A stretch of 64,000 nucleotides of DNA from Geosiphon pyriformis uo1 (lineage: Eukaryota; Fungi; Glomeromycota): contig JAAOMT010000098.1 of NCBI GenBank assembly GCA_016748015.1, positions 127,368 through 191,367 of the forward strand, written 5' to 3'. A program made the translations under genes and the position numbers. This document shows positions 63,061 to 64,000 of the stretch, piece after piece. Below the pieces are notes generated by a model that worked only from the letters and a program-made list of their open reading frames with translations, had not been told where the DNA came from and ran no database searches. Each line of letters starts with the position of its first letter. Positions within the stretch are counted from its first letter, which is position 1.

Positions 63061-64000
63061 TAATTAATGACTAAAAAACTATAAATAAAGCCAAATTTGT
63101 ATTAGTTAAAAACTACTAAATAGTAAAATATTTATTCAATAAATTCTAATAAACAGAAAAATCTAAGCTGTAAACAAAACTATAATCTAAAAACTTTATT
63201 TTATTATAATATACATACAATACATTTGAATAACTGTAATTGTATAAGTGTTTTCTAATTATTATTGGCAATCTTTTGTGTAAAGTTTTTATTAAGTACA
63301 TATGTAAATTAGTAATAACTTTGTTTATGTATTTAAAAGCCATATAAAAATTAGAATGTCAAACTGAAACAGTATATTTTTAATTAATATTACTAATATG
63401 TAAAAGATTTATAACATTAAAATTCAATCTAACTTTCTATTGAAAATGTTTTATAGTATTATTCATAGTTCTAATAAAATAATGAATATTATTAGACATT
63501 ATTTTATTATCAGCTATTAGAAAATTTTTTTTAATATTACTGAAAAGACAAGTCTTAAAGAAGTAGTCTAATCTGCCAACTTATTAGTATGCTCATTGTT
63601 TAATACATCCAAATAACCTTTTATCTTGGTTTAATTTACAGAAATATTTTTATTTCTGACCAAATTATTAATATAATAGTGCTTTATTCAATATTTGTTG
63701 TAAAAATTAGGTGTTATTAATTTTAATTTAGCTTAATATGTATTTAAAAAAGTTTAACTGTTAGAATAAATTGTAACTTTAAATAAAATTGGAATAAACT
63801 TAAGAGTTAGAGCAATAATTTATATTTCAGCCAAAATTAAAGACAACAATTTATTAATTTTTATATTTGTATACAAACTCAGATCAGAAAAATAGGCAAT
63901 TATATTATTTATAACACCAAAAAGCCAAAGTTTTTAACTAAACTATCAATGTAAATTGAGATTTTAAGCAAAAATACATTCTTTAAATTAGAACAAATAA
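63061..64000 (-). mobile_element. Inverted LINE ORF2 segment (RNase H to zinc finger)
   Basis: Minus strand reads ISIYIDSLVKNFG (decayed VYTDGS) near 63930-63965 and YLIKTLHKRLPIIIRKHLYN..LDYSFVY at 63146-63343. Confidence 0.85.

Noticed and set aside
5830-63343. Dozens of short ORFs as independent genes, or an alternative genetic code
   Set aside because: They are fragments or antisense shadows of LINE ORF1/ORF2. Stops of all three types fall at different positions in different copies, consistent with mutation.

Overview
Eukaryotic, very AT-rich, transposon-dense region with no intact gene. A BTB-BACK-TLDc gene, short GT-AG introns and the transposon types suggest an early-diverging fungus, most likely Glomeromycotina (inference, not verified). 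Contents: (i) a frameshifted BTB-BACK-TLDc gene at the left edge, with an in-frame 18-bp repeat expansion inside TLDc. (ii) Six decayed LINEs (ORF1 with CCHC knuckle; ORF2 = APE endonuclease, RT, RNase H, Zn finger), all on the + strand and mostly head-to-tail. (iii) A seventh + strand element with only an ORF1-like frame followed directly by the LINE 3' tail (HAL1-like non-autonomous partner). (iv) Solo or partial LTRs, Ty3/gypsy remnants and a pogo/Tigger remnant. (v) A CpG-retaining 2.9-kb island with a rearranged spliced gene bracketed by ~355-bp inverted repeats. Best candidates for novelty: a conserved, apparently pseudoknotted ~120-nt 3' RNA element shared by the divergent LINEs and the ORF1-only element, and pervasive C>T/G>A (CpA and CpG) hypermutation of repeats that resembles RIP outside the Dikarya. 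All alignments and folds were done by eye, so boundaries of decayed elements are approximate.
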